A stretch of 64,000 nucleotides of DNA. Source: Candidatus Latescibacterota bacterium. Lineage in GTDB: Bacteria; Latescibacterota; UBA2968; UBA8231. The stretch's first letter is position 1; every line of letters starts with the position of its first letter. Where the stretch lies: positions 864,001-928,000 of the forward strand of contig CBDCXV010000001.1 in the NCBI GenBank assembly GCA_965223905.1. The letters run 5' to 3'. The notes under the pieces are model-generated. The model saw only the letters and a program-made list of their open reading frames with translations, did no database searches and had not been told where the DNA came from. Positions 1 to 10,793 of this stretch are shown here, piece by piece. The position numbers and the translations under genes are program-made.

Positions 1-1251
1 GCGTTCTGGACGTCCATTGCCGGCATCTCCGCATCCATCTTGTTCGTGTTAGTCGAACGCATTTCCTCGCGACGTCTCCACGTTGAACTCGACAAGTGGG
101 TCGGAGCCATCGAATCCCGGCTCGAGCGCGTCACGTCGGAAGGCGTTGCTCTAAAACAACTCGACCAAGCGCAACGCGCGACGACGCAACTCGAACGATT
201 CAACTCCGAGTTGATATTCTCTCTTGAACAGGCGCTCGAGGAGAAGATCGCGGGCCGTCTGTCCCCGCAACTCGAGCGGCTCCTGGAAGCGGTCGAAGGA
301 CTACGCGAGGATCGGGCAACCGACAGCGGTCAGATGATCGAACAGGCGCTTGTCCGGTTCACCGATGCGCTTCAGGAAAGGACCGGCTCGCAGTTCGAGG
401 ATATGGCGGCAACCGTCGACGACCTGAATCGCACCCTCAAGGAATCCGCCGACGCCCAGGCGCAAACGCAGTGCGATGTCCGCGGCGCGCTCGCTTCGGT
501 CCTGAATGCAGTCAAGACTGCAATGGATACCGGCGCCACGGCCATGACCGAGACGTTGCAACAGTCGCTAGGCGAGGTAACCGGTGTTCTCGCCAGCGCG
601 TCGGAACAACTGGCGAATCGGCTTACCGCTTCCACCAATGCCGCCGCGGACGAACTCAGGAGCACGCTCGGTTCCGCCAGCCAGGAGCTGGCCAGGACAG
701 GCACTGAAGCCGCATCGAAGATCACTGGTTCGTTACAGGGCCTGCTGACCGCGGCCACGAGTCTCGAAAAAGCTTCGACGCAGAGCGGGGAATTGCTGTC
801 CGGCATGAATCAATTCGTCGAGAAGCTCAATGCATTGCGCGGAACCATCGAGTCGACGCACCAGGAAATAGTAAAAGTCACGGAACCTGTCGGAAGTGCG
901 GCCCGCGACATGCGTGAGTCCAGTGAAATGAGCGCGAACGCACTGGCAAAGACGAGCGATCTCGTCGGTCGTGTCGAGACTTCGGTCAACGCACTGGAAC
1001 GGCATCAGCAGGAGGTCGCAACTGCCTGGACCGAATACCAGAAACGCTTCGAGGGCATCGACACCTCACTCGCCGAGGTGTTCCGGCAGTTCGAAGAAGG
1101 CTTGTCGAGGTATTGCGTACAGGTGAAGGAGTTCGCCAACGAGCTGGACAAGACGACTTCGAATACAGTCCAACAGCTTGCGAGCGCAACCGCCGAACTC
1201 AGCGGGGCGATCGAGGACCTGATCCCGCGTCTTCCGGGATCGCCGCAATGA
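1..1251 (+). CDS. zorA: Zorya ZorA (5'-truncated by window): MotA-like membrane subunit with long helical cytoplasmic tail
   Basis: Frame is open from base 1 with AFWTSIAGISASILF, a MotA/ZorA-type last TM helix. About 390 aa of amphipathic helical tail follow, ending YQKRFEGIDTSLAEVF...ELSGAIEDL. ATGA overlap with zorB. Confidence 0.88.
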   Translation, partial: AFWTSIAGISASILFVLVERISSRRLHVELDKWVGAIESRLERVTSEGVALKQLDQAQRATTQLERFNSELIFSLEQALEEKIAGRLSPQLERLLEAVEGLREDRATDSGQMIEQALVRFTDALQERTGSQFEDMAATVDDLNRTLKESADAQAQTQCDVRGALASVLNAVKTAMDTGATAMTETLQQSLGEVTGVLASASEQLANRLTASTNAAADELRSTLGSASQELARTGTEAASKITGSLQGLLTAATSLEKASTQSGELLSGMNQFVEKLNALRGTIESTHQEIVKVTEPVGSAARDMRESSEMSANALAKTSDLVGRVETSVNALERHQQEVATAWTEYQKRFEGIDTSLAEVFRQFEEGLSRYCVQVKEFANELDKTTSNTVQQLASATAELSGAIEDLIPRLPGSPQ

Positions 1252-2102
1252 TCAGCGAATCGAGGCCGAACCCGGCCGAGGGCCAGGGTGGGCACAACTA
1301 CCTTGCCAGCGTCAGCGACCTTGTATCGGCCCTCATTTTCGTCTTCATCATCATGCTGGCCGTGTTCGCGTATCAACTCGCTAACGTCACCAGGAAACAA
1401 GAAGAGAGAGTGGAAGATCTGGAAGCCGAAGAAAAGACGCGCACTCGCATGCTACGGGACATCAAGAGCCGGCTCGAGAAAGCGGGCATGCGGGTCGAAG
1501 TGCTGGCCGACCAGGGTGTCCTGCGGCTGTCGGACAATGCCATCAACTTTCCGTCAGGTAGTGAAACTCCAGTTCTCGAGCATCACGTAAACGTCGGACG
1601 CCTCGCCCAAGCCATCGCCGAGGTCGTACCATGCTACGTCTCCCCTGGAGGGGCTGTCTCCACGTTGCATAATGGCGGTGAGGCGGTGTCTTACTGTCAG
1701 TCCCCTGCCGACCCCTCAACGTACGACTGCAGGGACCAGGAGTATCCATGGCTTCTCGAGACCTTGCTGATTGAGGGGCATACCGACGACGTGCCGGTCG
1801 CGGCGGGCAATCGCTTCCGAGACAACCTCGAGCTTTCGTCGATGCGGGCGGCGACCGTGCACCGTATGATCGTCGCGTGTGAGCCAGGTGTGGAACGCCT
1901 TCTGAGCACCGAAGACTACCCCGTTCTAAGCACCAGCGGATACGGGTATACCCGGCCAGCAACCCGTGACCCCGGGCGTACCGGCGAGAACCGGCGCATT
2001 GATCTGCGATTCTTGCTCGAGCCTCCCGAGGGGGCGCTGCACCAGAACGAACCGGATGTCCAGACCGATGTCCGCGAACGGTACGGAGAGGGGACGCCAT
2101 GA
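1248..2102 (+). CDS. zorB: Zorya ZorB (MotB-like TM helix + OmpA-like domain)
   Basis: TM segment YLASVSDLVSALIFVFII carries the conserved Asp. OmpA motifs IEGHTDD, NLELSSMRA and NRRIDLRF are present. ATG 1248 overlaps the zorA stop. Confidence 0.9.
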   Translation: MISESRPNPAEGQGGHNYLASVSDLVSALIFVFIIMLAVFAYQLANVTRKQEERVEDLEAEEKTRTRMLRDIKSRLEKAGMRVEVLADQGVLRLSDNAINFPSGSETPVLEHHVNVGRLAQAIAEVVPCYVSPGGAVSTLHNGGEAVSYCQSPADPSTYDCRDQEYPWLLETLLIEGHTDDVPVAAGNRFRDNLELSSMRAATVHRMIVACEPGVERLLSTEDYPVLSTSGYGYTRPATRDPGRTGENRRIDLRFLLEPPEGALHQNEPDVQTDVRERYGEGTP

Positions 2103-3604
2103 AGGCTCCTTCCCTGAAGGATTCCCTGGAGCGCTGGACGGGTTTTCCGAAGCTTGAGCGCTCGTTCGAGCCGCAGAGAACGCGGAAAGCAGCCGCGGTG
2201 GTGGAGAAGAACCTTGGCGACGTCCAGCCGAAAAAACCATCGCTCTACGACCTGCAGACTCTGCATCGCCGAGTCGCGGAAACATGGCGTCGCGATCGCG
2301 CGCTCTCACAGCTCGCGCCACGCGACCTGCGTCGACTGCCGTGGGTGCTGTTCTACCCGGCGCAAGCCGACCGACGGGATTGGCTGGGGCGAAACCCGCC
2401 CCTCGTGCAGGAATACGGTCGCTGGCTGTCCGCTGGTCGCCGAACGCGGTCGGTGCTGGCGCTGCTCCACGAGTTCCTGCGTGTTTACCCCGTCAATCTG
2501 CCGACATTCGAAGATCTGCGCCGGCTGCTGCGGAAAACCTTAGAAGACAGTTCCTCTCCGCCTCCGTCTCTGCAAAAATGGCAGCCACGGTGCCTGGATT
2601 TGGGGTTCCTCCGAAAGGACGGCGACCTGTCGTTGGTGGGGAAGCTGGTTTCAGCCACTGATGTCGTTGACGACTTCTTGGTCCAAGCTGGGCTTGAAGC
2701 CGGACTCGCAAGGTGTGGGTTTCTAAAGTCAGGTATACGCAAGTACCTCCCGAACGTCAGCACCCGGCTGACGCGGGACAGCATCGACGACACGCAGCTC
2801 GCACGAGTGCTCACGCTTTTCGAATGCGAGGGCAAACTGCGTTTCCAGTCAGTTCGTGTAGAGATCGCGTCTGCACTTCTCAGTCCCTTCATGGATACAC
2901 CTCCGCCCACAGATACGAAGGAACAGCTACAATCGTTTTTCCTGCGCCATTTTGGCGACCCTCGGCTGCCTTCAGGGAAGCACCGATGGTATGGTGTCGG
3001 CGAGGAGGTTCGGCATGTAGTCACGAGATGGCTTGTGAAGGAGACGCTTGATGAGTTCATCCGGCTGATCAAGGAAACAGCCCTCGACCAACATTGGCGA
3101 TACCGAGAAAAATTCTGGATGGCTTGCTTCCACCAGGACATGATTGAGGATGCATGGTTCGTCCTGGGTTCGCGGGCACGGATACTGTTGAGGCAGCTGG
3201 AGGAGCACAATCCAATGGAAACGGGAAGACTTCGCGGCGCATCATCCGAACAGTCAGTATTGCTCTTGCGTATGTCTGGAGTGACCGTCGCCGAGTGGAG
3301 CCATAACGGTAGCTGCCGGTTCTGGCTCGATGGCAATCGGGACGCGCCCAAGTTATACCAGGGAAGGGTCTATTCCGGCGATGAGTTGAGACGCGGATCG
3401 GATTTTTCCCAACGGCACGGGGGCAGCGACCGGGGCGAATGGCAAAACCAGATCGCGCAATGGCTGCGGGAAAACACGGGCGTGTCAATAGCTCGTGCCA
3501 AGTACATGCCGGACGACCTATCTGGTAACATCCATAGGAGACAAAATGTCAGGCGACATCGCGTTCGAAAGATCGTCAGACGGCCTGATCGTCCGGGTCG
3601 GTAG
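2099..3604 (+). CDS. zorC: Zorya ZorC (EH-signature domain protein)
   Basis: Motifs FGDPRL, W.YREKFW, AWFVLG and VAEWSHNGSCRFW (EH signature). ATGA overlap with zorB, and position between zorB and the SNF2 gene. Confidence 0.85.
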   Translation: MKAPSLKDSLERWTGFPKLERSFEPQRTRKAAAVVEKNLGDVQPKKPSLYDLQTLHRRVAETWRRDRALSQLAPRDLRRLPWVLFYPAQADRRDWLGRNPPLVQEYGRWLSAGRRTRSVLALLHEFLRVYPVNLPTFEDLRRLLRKTLEDSSSPPPSLQKWQPRCLDLGFLRKDGDLSLVGKLVSATDVVDDFLVQAGLEAGLARCGFLKSGIRKYLPNVSTRLTRDSIDDTQLARVLTLFECEGKLRFQSVRVEIASALLSPFMDTPPPTDTKEQLQSFFLRHFGDPRLPSGKHRWYGVGEEVRHVVTRWLVKETLDEFIRLIKETALDQHWRYREKFWMACFHQDMIEDAWFVLGSRARILLRQLEEHNPMETGRLRGASSEQSVLLLRMSGVTVAEWSHNGSCRFWLDGNRDAPKLYQGRVYSGDELRRGSDFSQRHGGSDRGEWQNQIAQWLRENTGVSIARAKYMPDDLSGNIHRRQNVRRHRVRKIVRRPDRPGR

Positions 3605-6600
3605 AGATCACACGCTCCCCGTACATGAGTGGACATCGCGTGGATCGCCCGGAGCTGGTGCGCTGATTCGATTGCGTGACGACGGCGGCGCGGTCGAGCG
3701 CGAAAACGGTAGTGCGCTGTGGGTTTCCTGGAAAAGCGTCGCCGAACTGACGTCCGACGAACTGCGGTACACAGGTTTTCCCGATGCCGCTCCCTTTGCG
3801 CTTGAGGTTGTTGCGACCGGCGCCATTCACGACTCCGATTTCGAAATTCGCTGCGGCTACATCCGGGATGGCCGGCGCGTCCTCGGCGTTCAGCGAGAGG
3901 GCGCGTGGCTGCACGCCGGCGGCGAAGATTTTGTGCTGCTCGATCCCCTGTACTCTGTCGCCGAAGCCATTGACCAATTCAACCAGCCGGAAAAAAAAGA
4001 TCTTGAATCGAAGATGCTCCGCTGGGGACGGATTGCGGAGATGCTGCCTGCCGACGCCGTTGTCGGCGACGACAACTTGCGTTCACTAAGAATCTTCGTG
4101 GCGTCCAGCTTCGAGCTCGAACCGTTTGTCAACGACGTCGGAGAACCGGATTTCGATCCGGTCGTTGGCAGGCGGGAGACTCGTATCACCGAGGCCGGTG
4201 AAGAGGATCAGGTGTTTGTCCGCGCCTTGCCGCTCGCCCGGCAGAGAGAGTTTGCCAGACGTTTCCGCGGCCTGTCACGCGTGCAGCATCGGTACTTGGC
4301 CGGGGGCGGGAGCTACGTCGTGCTGACGCCGGAGATCGAACGGGCTCTCGGCGTGGTGCGGCGTGCCCAAGACGGGTGTCCTGACGAGCGCCGCGACTTC
4401 TTGCGGAACGTCTCAGGATACTTGCGAGGAGCGTTCGATGACGGCGACGGCGATGAGGTCGACCTCGACAGCATCTTCAGCGACGAAGGCTTGAGCGAGC
4501 GGGTCAGGGGCATCGGCATCTGGGTCGACAAGGTGCTCCCCTGGATCAAGCTGGCGAAAGAACCGTGGCTGCCGCCGGAGGAATTCGGGATTCTCATCGA
4601 TGGACGGCGCGTTGTCATCCAACCTGAAGAAATAGAAAGGGTGCACGATCAAGTCAGGGAGGCGATGGAGCGGGGCGAGTCGAACGTTCAGGTCAGGATC
4701 GGTAACGAGCCCATCGAAATCCCTGTGGACCCGAACACCGTCAGCGCCCTTGAGGGATTGGTCTCTCGGGTACCCCAGAAGCCGAAACCCCATCCGAAGA
4801 CCAAGCAAACAGACGGCGATGAACCGGTCGCACCCGAAGATCCAGATCAGGTCTTGGAGGTCATCGACAACTTGGATGAAATCCAATTCCGTCGCGAACG
4901 CAGGCCATGCAGGCCCGGCATTTCGGAGGCCGTCCCCGCTTTACAGACCAAACTTCTGCCGCATCAACAGAAAGGCCTCGCGTGGCTGCAACGTCACTGG
5001 GAGGCCGGTAACTGGGGCGCCCTGCTCGCCGACGATATGGGCCTCGGGAAAACGCTCGAAGCATTGGCCTTTCTCTCATGTCTAGTGCAACACTCCGAAA
5101 CCGAGGGTCTGCCACAACTACCTGTCCTGGTCGTCGCTCCCACCGGTCTGCTCCGGAACTGGAAGGACGAACACGACAAACACCTGTCCGGTGCCGGACT
5201 CGGCCGCGTCGTCGAAGCGCATGGCAGTGCCTTGCGGGATCTCAGAAAAGGACCCTCCGGCGGCAGCGGCGAGCTCGCCCGCGGACAACCGTTCCTGGAC
5301 CTCCAGCCCCTGAAGACCGCCGACTGGGTGCTCACCACTTATGAAACCCTTCGTGACTATCAGCACAGCTTCGGCCGAGTCCGCTGGCGCGCAGGCATCT
5401 TCGACGAAGCCCAGAAGATCAAGAATCCTGGCGCCCGCGTAACCGATGCCGCACTCGCCATGAACATCGATTTCGCTCTGCTGATGACCGGCACCCCGGT
5501 GGAAAATCGCCCGGCGGATATCTGGTCTATGCTCGATCGGGCAGAACCGGGGATGTTCGGGACACTGAAGGATTTCAGCCAGCGGTACGAAGCGACAGGC
5601 CCTGACGGTGATGCGGCGCTTTCCGAGTTACACGGTTCGCTGACGCAACAGGCGGACGAAACCGCCCCGGCGCTGATGCTACGGCGGCTCAAGGAGGACC
5701 ATGTCCCGGAACTGCCCGAAAAGAAAGTGCACCATCGCGTCGTGGAGATGCCGCCGCTCCAGGCCGAGGCGTACGAACAGATCGTGCGGAACGGCGGTGA
5801 CGGCAACATGCTTCAGACGCTTCATCGCCTTCGAAGCATCTCGCTGCACCCCGAGGCTCCGGGCGACCTCGACCTCGAGAAGTACATCCAAGCGTCGGGG
5901 CGGCTTTCCGAGACGTTCCGGATTCTGGATGAAATTGAAGACCGCGAACAGAAAGCCCTGCTCTTCGTCGAGGCGCGCTGGATGCAGGACTTCTTGGTGG
6001 GAGCGCTGAGACGCCGTTTTTCATTATCCGAAGACGTACTGGTCATCAACGGGACGGTGGCAGGCAGGGTCCGCAAAGCCCGCGTCGACACGTTCCAAGA
6101 CCGGGCCGGGTTCGACGTAATGATTCTGTCGCCGCGCGCCGGCGGCGTCGGACTGACGCTGACGGCAGCAAACCATGTCATTCACCTCTCGCGCTGGTGG
6201 AACCCGGCGGTCGAGGATCAGTGTACCGACAGGGTCTTTCGTATCGGCCAGTGGCGGACGGTGCACGTATACCTTCCCATCGCCCGGCATCCGAGCTTCG
6301 GAGACTACAGTTTCGACATCAAGCTCGATAGCCTGATGGAAGGAAAACGGGAGATGAACCGCCGCGTCCTTGCGCCGACCGCCGCGACGAAAGAGGACGT
6401 GGGTGATCTCTATCGAACCACCATGACGGAAGCGCGAAATAGCGCCTCGGGACCGCCCCAGCCAGTGGACCAGACCAACATTGATCAACTGGAGCCTGAA
6501 GCCTTCGAAGAGTGGGTGCTGGGACAGCTTCAAGCGGCTGGTTATGACACGAGACGCACCCCTCCGAGTGGCGATTGTGGAGCTGACGGGCTGGCGGTTT

Positions 6601-6863
6601 CCCGTGCTGGCGGGGATCAGCACACCATCGTGGTTCAGTGCAAACACACCCAGCAGCAGGACGCCAAGTGCGGCCGGACCGCCGTCGAGGAAGTGCTGCG
6701 ATCAATTTCCGCGTACGAGGACGCGATTGTTGGCGAGCCGCGGCCAATGGTCGTGACGAATGCGGCCGGCTTCACCAACGATGCCATGCTCTTGGCAAAA
6801 CGGGAGGGTGTGCGGTTGATCGCACGCGGCCGCCTGCCGCAACTTCGAACTGTGATTGAATAA
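3546..6863 (+). CDS. zorD: Zorya ZorD (SNF2 ATPase with C-terminal Mrr-like nuclease)
   Basis: ATPase motifs LADDMGLGKT, DEAQKIKN, TGTPVEN, GVGLTL and WNPAVEDQCTDRVFRIGQ. C-terminal FEEWV...GADG...VVQCK is Mrr-type. ATG 3546 follows AGGAG. Confidence 0.9.
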   Translation: MSGDIAFERSSDGLIVRVGRDHTLPVHEWTSRGSPGAGALIRLRDDGGAVERENGSALWVSWKSVAELTSDELRYTGFPDAAPFALEVVATGAIHDSDFEIRCGYIRDGRRVLGVQREGAWLHAGGEDFVLLDPLYSVAEAIDQFNQPEKKDLESKMLRWGRIAEMLPADAVVGDDNLRSLRIFVASSFELEPFVNDVGEPDFDPVVGRRETRITEAGEEDQVFVRALPLARQREFARRFRGLSRVQHRYLAGGGSYVVLTPEIERALGVVRRAQDGCPDERRDFLRNVSGYLRGAFDDGDGDEVDLDSIFSDEGLSERVRGIGIWVDKVLPWIKLAKEPWLPPEEFGILIDGRRVVIQPEEIERVHDQVREAMERGESNVQVRIGNEPIEIPVDPNTVSALEGLVSRVPQKPKPHPKTKQTDGDEPVAPEDPDQVLEVIDNLDEIQFRRERRPCRPGISEAVPALQTKLLPHQQKGLAWLQRHWEAGNWGALLADDMGLGKTLEALAFLSCLVQHSETEGLPQLPVLVVAPTGLLRNWKDEHDKHLSGAGLGRVVEAHGSALRDLRKGPSGGSGELARGQPFLDLQPLKTADWVLTTYETLRDYQHSFGRVRWRAGIFDEAQKIKNPGARVTDAALAMNIDFALLMTGTPVENRPADIWSMLDRAEPGMFGTLKDFSQRYEATGPDGDAALSELHGSLTQQADETAPALMLRRLKEDHVPELPEKKVHHRVVEMPPLQAEAYEQIVRNGGDGNMLQTLHRLRSISLHPEAPGDLDLEKYIQASGRLSETFRILDEIEDREQKALLFVEARWMQDFLVGALRRRFSLSEDVLVINGTVAGRVRKARVDTFQDRAGFDVMILSPRAGGVGLTLTAANHVIHLSRWWNPAVEDQCTDRVFRIGQWRTVHVYLPIARHPSFGDYSFDIKLDSLMEGKREMNRRVLAPTAATKEDVGDLYRTTMTEARNSASGPPQPVDQTNIDQLEPEAFEEWVLGQLQAAGYDTRRTPPSGDCGADGLAVSRAGGDQHTIVVQCKHTQQQDAKCGRTAVEEVLRSISAYEDAIVGEPRPMVVTNAAGFTNDAMLLAKREGVRLIARGRLPQLRTVIE

Positions 6864-6890
6864 CACCCAGGTTCGTTTTCTGCCATACAG

Positions 6891-8402
6891 ATGTCCGAAT
6901 CCCCCAACCTCCTCTACATCCACTCCGATCAGCACAGTCCGTTCGTCGCCGGCTGCTGCGGCGACACGCTGGTGCGGACGCCCCATCTCGATGCTCTGGC
7001 TGCGGAGGGGGTCCTGCTCGAAAACGCGTACTGCCCCTCGCCGATCTGCGTGCCGTCGCGGATGTCGATGCTCAGCGGCCGGCACCCGTTCGAAAACCGC
7101 GTCTGGACCAACAGCCACATCCTCAGCTCGGCGATACCGACGCTCGCCCACGCCATGGGAGCGGCGGGGTACCGGCCGGTGCTGATCGGGCGCATGCATG
7201 CGCTGGGGCCGGATCAGCTTCACGGCTACGCCGAGCGTCTCGTGGGAGACCACGGCTCAAACCACCTCGGAGGCGACGGCGGCACCGACCGCGGCGACCT
7301 CCAGGGCTGCGCCGGCCCGGCGCGCGTCAGTCTGACCAACTCGGGACCGGGCCAGAGCTCCTACCAAGTTCACGACGAGGACGTCACCGCGGCGGCGGTC
7401 GACTACCTGAACCGCATCGGAGTGAAGAGGCGTTCCGGAGTGGACCGCTCCCCTTTTTCGATATCGGTCGGGTTCATGCTGCCGCACCAGCCGTTCGTGG
7501 CGCGCCGCGAGGATTACGAGCTGTACGAAGGGCGGATGACGATGCCGCGCACACCCGAGCCGTTCCGCGACGATCTGCACCCGCACATCGCCCGCTGGCG
7601 GCAGGCTACCGGCACCGTCGAGGTTCCCGACGAGGAGGTACTCCGAGCCCGCACGGCGTACTGGGGGCTGGTGACGCGGATGGACGCGATGATCGGCGAG
7701 ATCCTCGAGGCACTGCGCCGCAACGACCTGGCCGGCAACACCCTGATCCTCTACACCTCCGACCACGGCGAGCAGGTCGGCGAGCACGGCCTGTGGTGGA
7801 AACAGACGTTCTACGAGGACTCGGTGAAGGTCCCGGCCATACTGTCCTGGCCCGGAGGCCTGCCGCAGGGAGGGCGCTGCGACCGCGTCGTCAGCTCGCT
7901 CGGACCTAAACGGGACCATGCTCGAGGCCCTCGGGGCCCCGCCGCTACCCCATTCCAGGGGACGCAGCATGCTGGCGCTGCTGCGCGACCCCGAGGCTCC
8001 CTGGGAAGACGTCGCCTACTCGGAGTTCTGCCTCGACGGCGCCGGGTCCGGGGGTCCGTTTGCCGGGCACGGGGTGTTCCAGCGCATGATCCGCCGGGGG
8101 GAATGGAAGCTCAACTACTACCACGGCATGCCCTGCCAGCTGTTCAACCTGCGCGACGACCCGCGCGAAATGCAAGCCCCCAAGGAATCGAGGACCGCGC
8201 CGCCGATCCCGGGTGCGGGGAGATCCGCGACGAGTTGCTCAACCGGGTGCTCCTGGACTGGGACCCGGAGTGGGTTATGGCCCGCATGGCGGCGCTGCGG
8301 GAAGACCAGAAGATCCTCGGGGCCTGGGCGAGGCAAGTGAAGCCGCCGGACCGCTACCGGTGGCCCCTGCTCAGCGGCATGGATTACCTCGATGAGGACT
8401 GA
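6891..8402 (+). pseudogene. Choline-sulfatase-like sulfatase with two compensating frameshifts
   Basis: Motifs SDQH, CVPSR, GRMH and YTSDHGEQVGEHGLWWK. Homologous sequence moves to the 7918..8340 frame (MIRRGEWKLNYY...QLFNLRDDP) and returns near 8190. Confidence 0.8.
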
Positions 8403-8557
8403 CCTCTCTTATGACCTGGGAGGAGTTCAGGAGCCGTCCGTGCGATTATTGCGCTTTACCGTAGCAGAAACCGCCTGACCACAGTCAGTTTGCTCTGATA
8501 TGCTCATTGCCGGCAGGTATCGCCATGCCTTTCGGCCGAACCCGTGGAGACACTCAC

Positions 8558-9211
8558 ATGGCACTCGAGGTGTACGACTTCCGCAACGACGAGCACATCT
8601 GCCAGATGCTGGTGCGTCCCGAGATCCGCTGCCGCTTCATGAGGGCGGAGCCCGGCACCGTGCAGACGGTGCAGCACAGCCACGACCTGGGCCACGAGAT
8701 ATTCCTGATCCTGCAGGGGCGCTGCGAGTTCCAGGTCTCCGGCGACACCGCGGTGCTGGGGCCGGGGCAGCTGTGCCTTGCCCTGGCGGACGAACCGCAC
8801 AAGATCCGCGTCGTCGGCGACGAGCCGGTGATCATGTACCTGTCGGTGACGCCCCATATCCAGCCGACACATACCGGACGCAACGACGACGGCACCCGGC
8901 ACCCGCTGAGGTTTGTGCCCAGCAGCTCGTACGGCGTCGAAACCGACACCGCCACGCCTGCCGCAGAGCTGGTCGACCGCTTCGTCGCCGCCTCGGCAGA
9001 CTACGCGCGAACCGTGCGCGCCGCCGCGGACAGACAGTCCGAGGTGGCAGCCGGGCTGAAGGCCGCCCTGGCTGCCGGCGACTTCGACAAAGTCGAGGAG
9101 CTTCGCAACCAGCTGTGGGAAGGGGTGTACCGGGGATTCAAGGAGATCCACGCGCTCGGCGACCTGTGGAACACGGTGGCCCCGCGCATCAGCCGCTTCG
9201 ACGGGGAGTGA
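8558..9211 (+). CDS. Cupin-domain protein
   Basis: Cupin motifs HSHDLGHEIFLILQG and LADEPH. GGAGA lies upstream of ATG 8558. Confidence 0.75.
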   Translation: MALEVYDFRNDEHICQMLVRPEIRCRFMRAEPGTVQTVQHSHDLGHEIFLILQGRCEFQVSGDTAVLGPGQLCLALADEPHKIRVVGDEPVIMYLSVTPHIQPTHTGRNDDGTRHPLRFVPSSSYGVETDTATPAAELVDRFVAASADYARTVRAAADRQSEVAAGLKAALAAGDFDKVEELRNQLWEGVYRGFKEIHALGDLWNTVAPRISRFDGE

Positions 9212-9218
9212 GGGGGAC

Positions 9219-10283
9219 ATGGCTGCCGTCAGAATCGGCGTCGTCGGGTGCGGCGCCATCGCCCAGGTCCATCACCTGCCCAACCTCGCCCTGCTGCAGG
9301 ACCTGTTCGAGGTCCCGGTGGTCTGCGACATCTCACCGGACCTCGCCGAAGCGGTCGCATCGCAGTTCCACGTTCCGCGATACGTCACCGATTACCGCGA
9401 GCTGCTGGACGCCGGCGTCGACGCCGTGCTGCTGTGCCACGGCGACCCCAAGACCGAGGCAGGGCTCGCGGTGCTGGAGGCGGGGAAGCACCTGTTCATC
9501 GAAAAACCGGTCTGCTTCACCCTGTCGGACGCCGATGCCATGATCGCCGCGGCGCGCAGGGCCGGAGTGGTGGCGCAGGCGGGGTACATGAAGGCCCACG
9601 ACCCTGCCTTCGAGCTGCTCGCGCGGGAGGTCGAGTCGATGGGGCCGGTTCGCTTCATCCAGGTCAACCATCTGCACACCGACAACAGCCATCACCTGGT
9701 GCACTTCGGGGTCAGGCGGGCAGGGGGCCTGCCTTCCGCGGCGAGCGTCAAGAGAGCCGACGATGTCGCCGAAGCCCTGGGAAGCGGAATCCCTGAGGAG
9801 GCGAGGCGGATCTTCTTCGTCCTCGCCGGCAGCATGATACACGATCTCTACGGTCTGAGGATTCTGTTCGGGCAGCCGGAACGGGTCGTGAGCACGGAGG
9901 TCTGGAACGGGGGCTTCGGTGTAACCGCAATCCTCGCGTACGCCTCAGGGGCCCGCTGCGCGGCGACCTGGGTGGAGCTTTCGGGGATCAAGGAGTTCGT
10001 CGAGACCCTCGAGGTCTACGGCGACGACCGCGGCGCCGTGCTGTCCTACCCGACGGGGTTCTCGCGCGGCATCCCGTCGCAGCTGGAATTCCGCGGCGTC
10101 GACGGCGAGGGCCGCCCCTTTCGCCGGCAGCCGTTCGTCGACTGGGAGATCCCGTTCGTGCGCGAGCTTCGCCACTTCCACGCCTGCATCGCGGAAGGAG
10201 TCGAGTGCCGTACATCGCTGGAGGGGGCGCGGGACGACGTCGCCCTCGTGATCGACATCGTGCGCGCCTACCTCGACCGGTGA
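9219..10283 (+). CDS. Gfo/Idh/MocA family oxidoreductase
   Basis: Motifs IGVVGCGAIA, GKHLFIEKP and IHD. Confidence 0.88.
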   Translation: MAAVRIGVVGCGAIAQVHHLPNLALLQDLFEVPVVCDISPDLAEAVASQFHVPRYVTDYRELLDAGVDAVLLCHGDPKTEAGLAVLEAGKHLFIEKPVCFTLSDADAMIAAARRAGVVAQAGYMKAHDPAFELLAREVESMGPVRFIQVNHLHTDNSHHLVHFGVRRAGGLPSAASVKRADDVAEALGSGIPEEARRIFFVLAGSMIHDLYGLRILFGQPERVVSTEVWNGGFGVTAILAYASGARCAATWVELSGIKEFVETLEVYGDDRGAVLSYPTGFSRGIPSQLEFRGVDGEGRPFRRQPFVDWEIPFVRELRHFHACIAEGVECRTSLEGARDDVALVIDIVRAYLDR

Positions 10284-10793
10284 GGGGCCCCGGAGAACGG
10301 TTCAACACCTGCGGCTCCAACCTAAACCCACGGCACCGGCCCGACCCCTGCGAGACCAACAGGCGGCATTCCGGGGGGTCCGTACAGAGCAGCTCCGACT
10401 TTCAGAAATCGACCTCTGGAGCACACGAACCCTCCATCCGTTTCGCCCGGGCCACCGGCTCCCAGGCGAGGCCGGAACTTCAGATCCGTTCCTTCAACCG
10501 GCCCCACGAGCTCGGCGCCACGTTCGTTCCTTCCGGTGAGGGATACAACCCGGCGCCGATGTAATAGTCCCCACCCAGAATCTCGACGGGTGCGGCGTAG
10601 CTCACCTTGGGGGATTCGTCGGCACCTCTATCGCCGGATTGTCCCAGAGGTATTCGACGAACCCTCCTCCGGATTTTGCCGCGGGGATCAGTTCCTGCAC
10701 GGCCATATGACCCCGTTGCTGTCCACCTGGTCGATGTTGTTGGTGCCTTCGCGCGCGGGAACGGCGGCGAGACGCACTGGGCCCAGCGGTGTC

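Noticed and set aside
10277-10542. 10-bp direct repeat CCGGTGAGGG flanking about 246 bp, a possible third MITE
   Set aside because: No terminal inverted repeats are visible, so it cannot be supported without a copy search.
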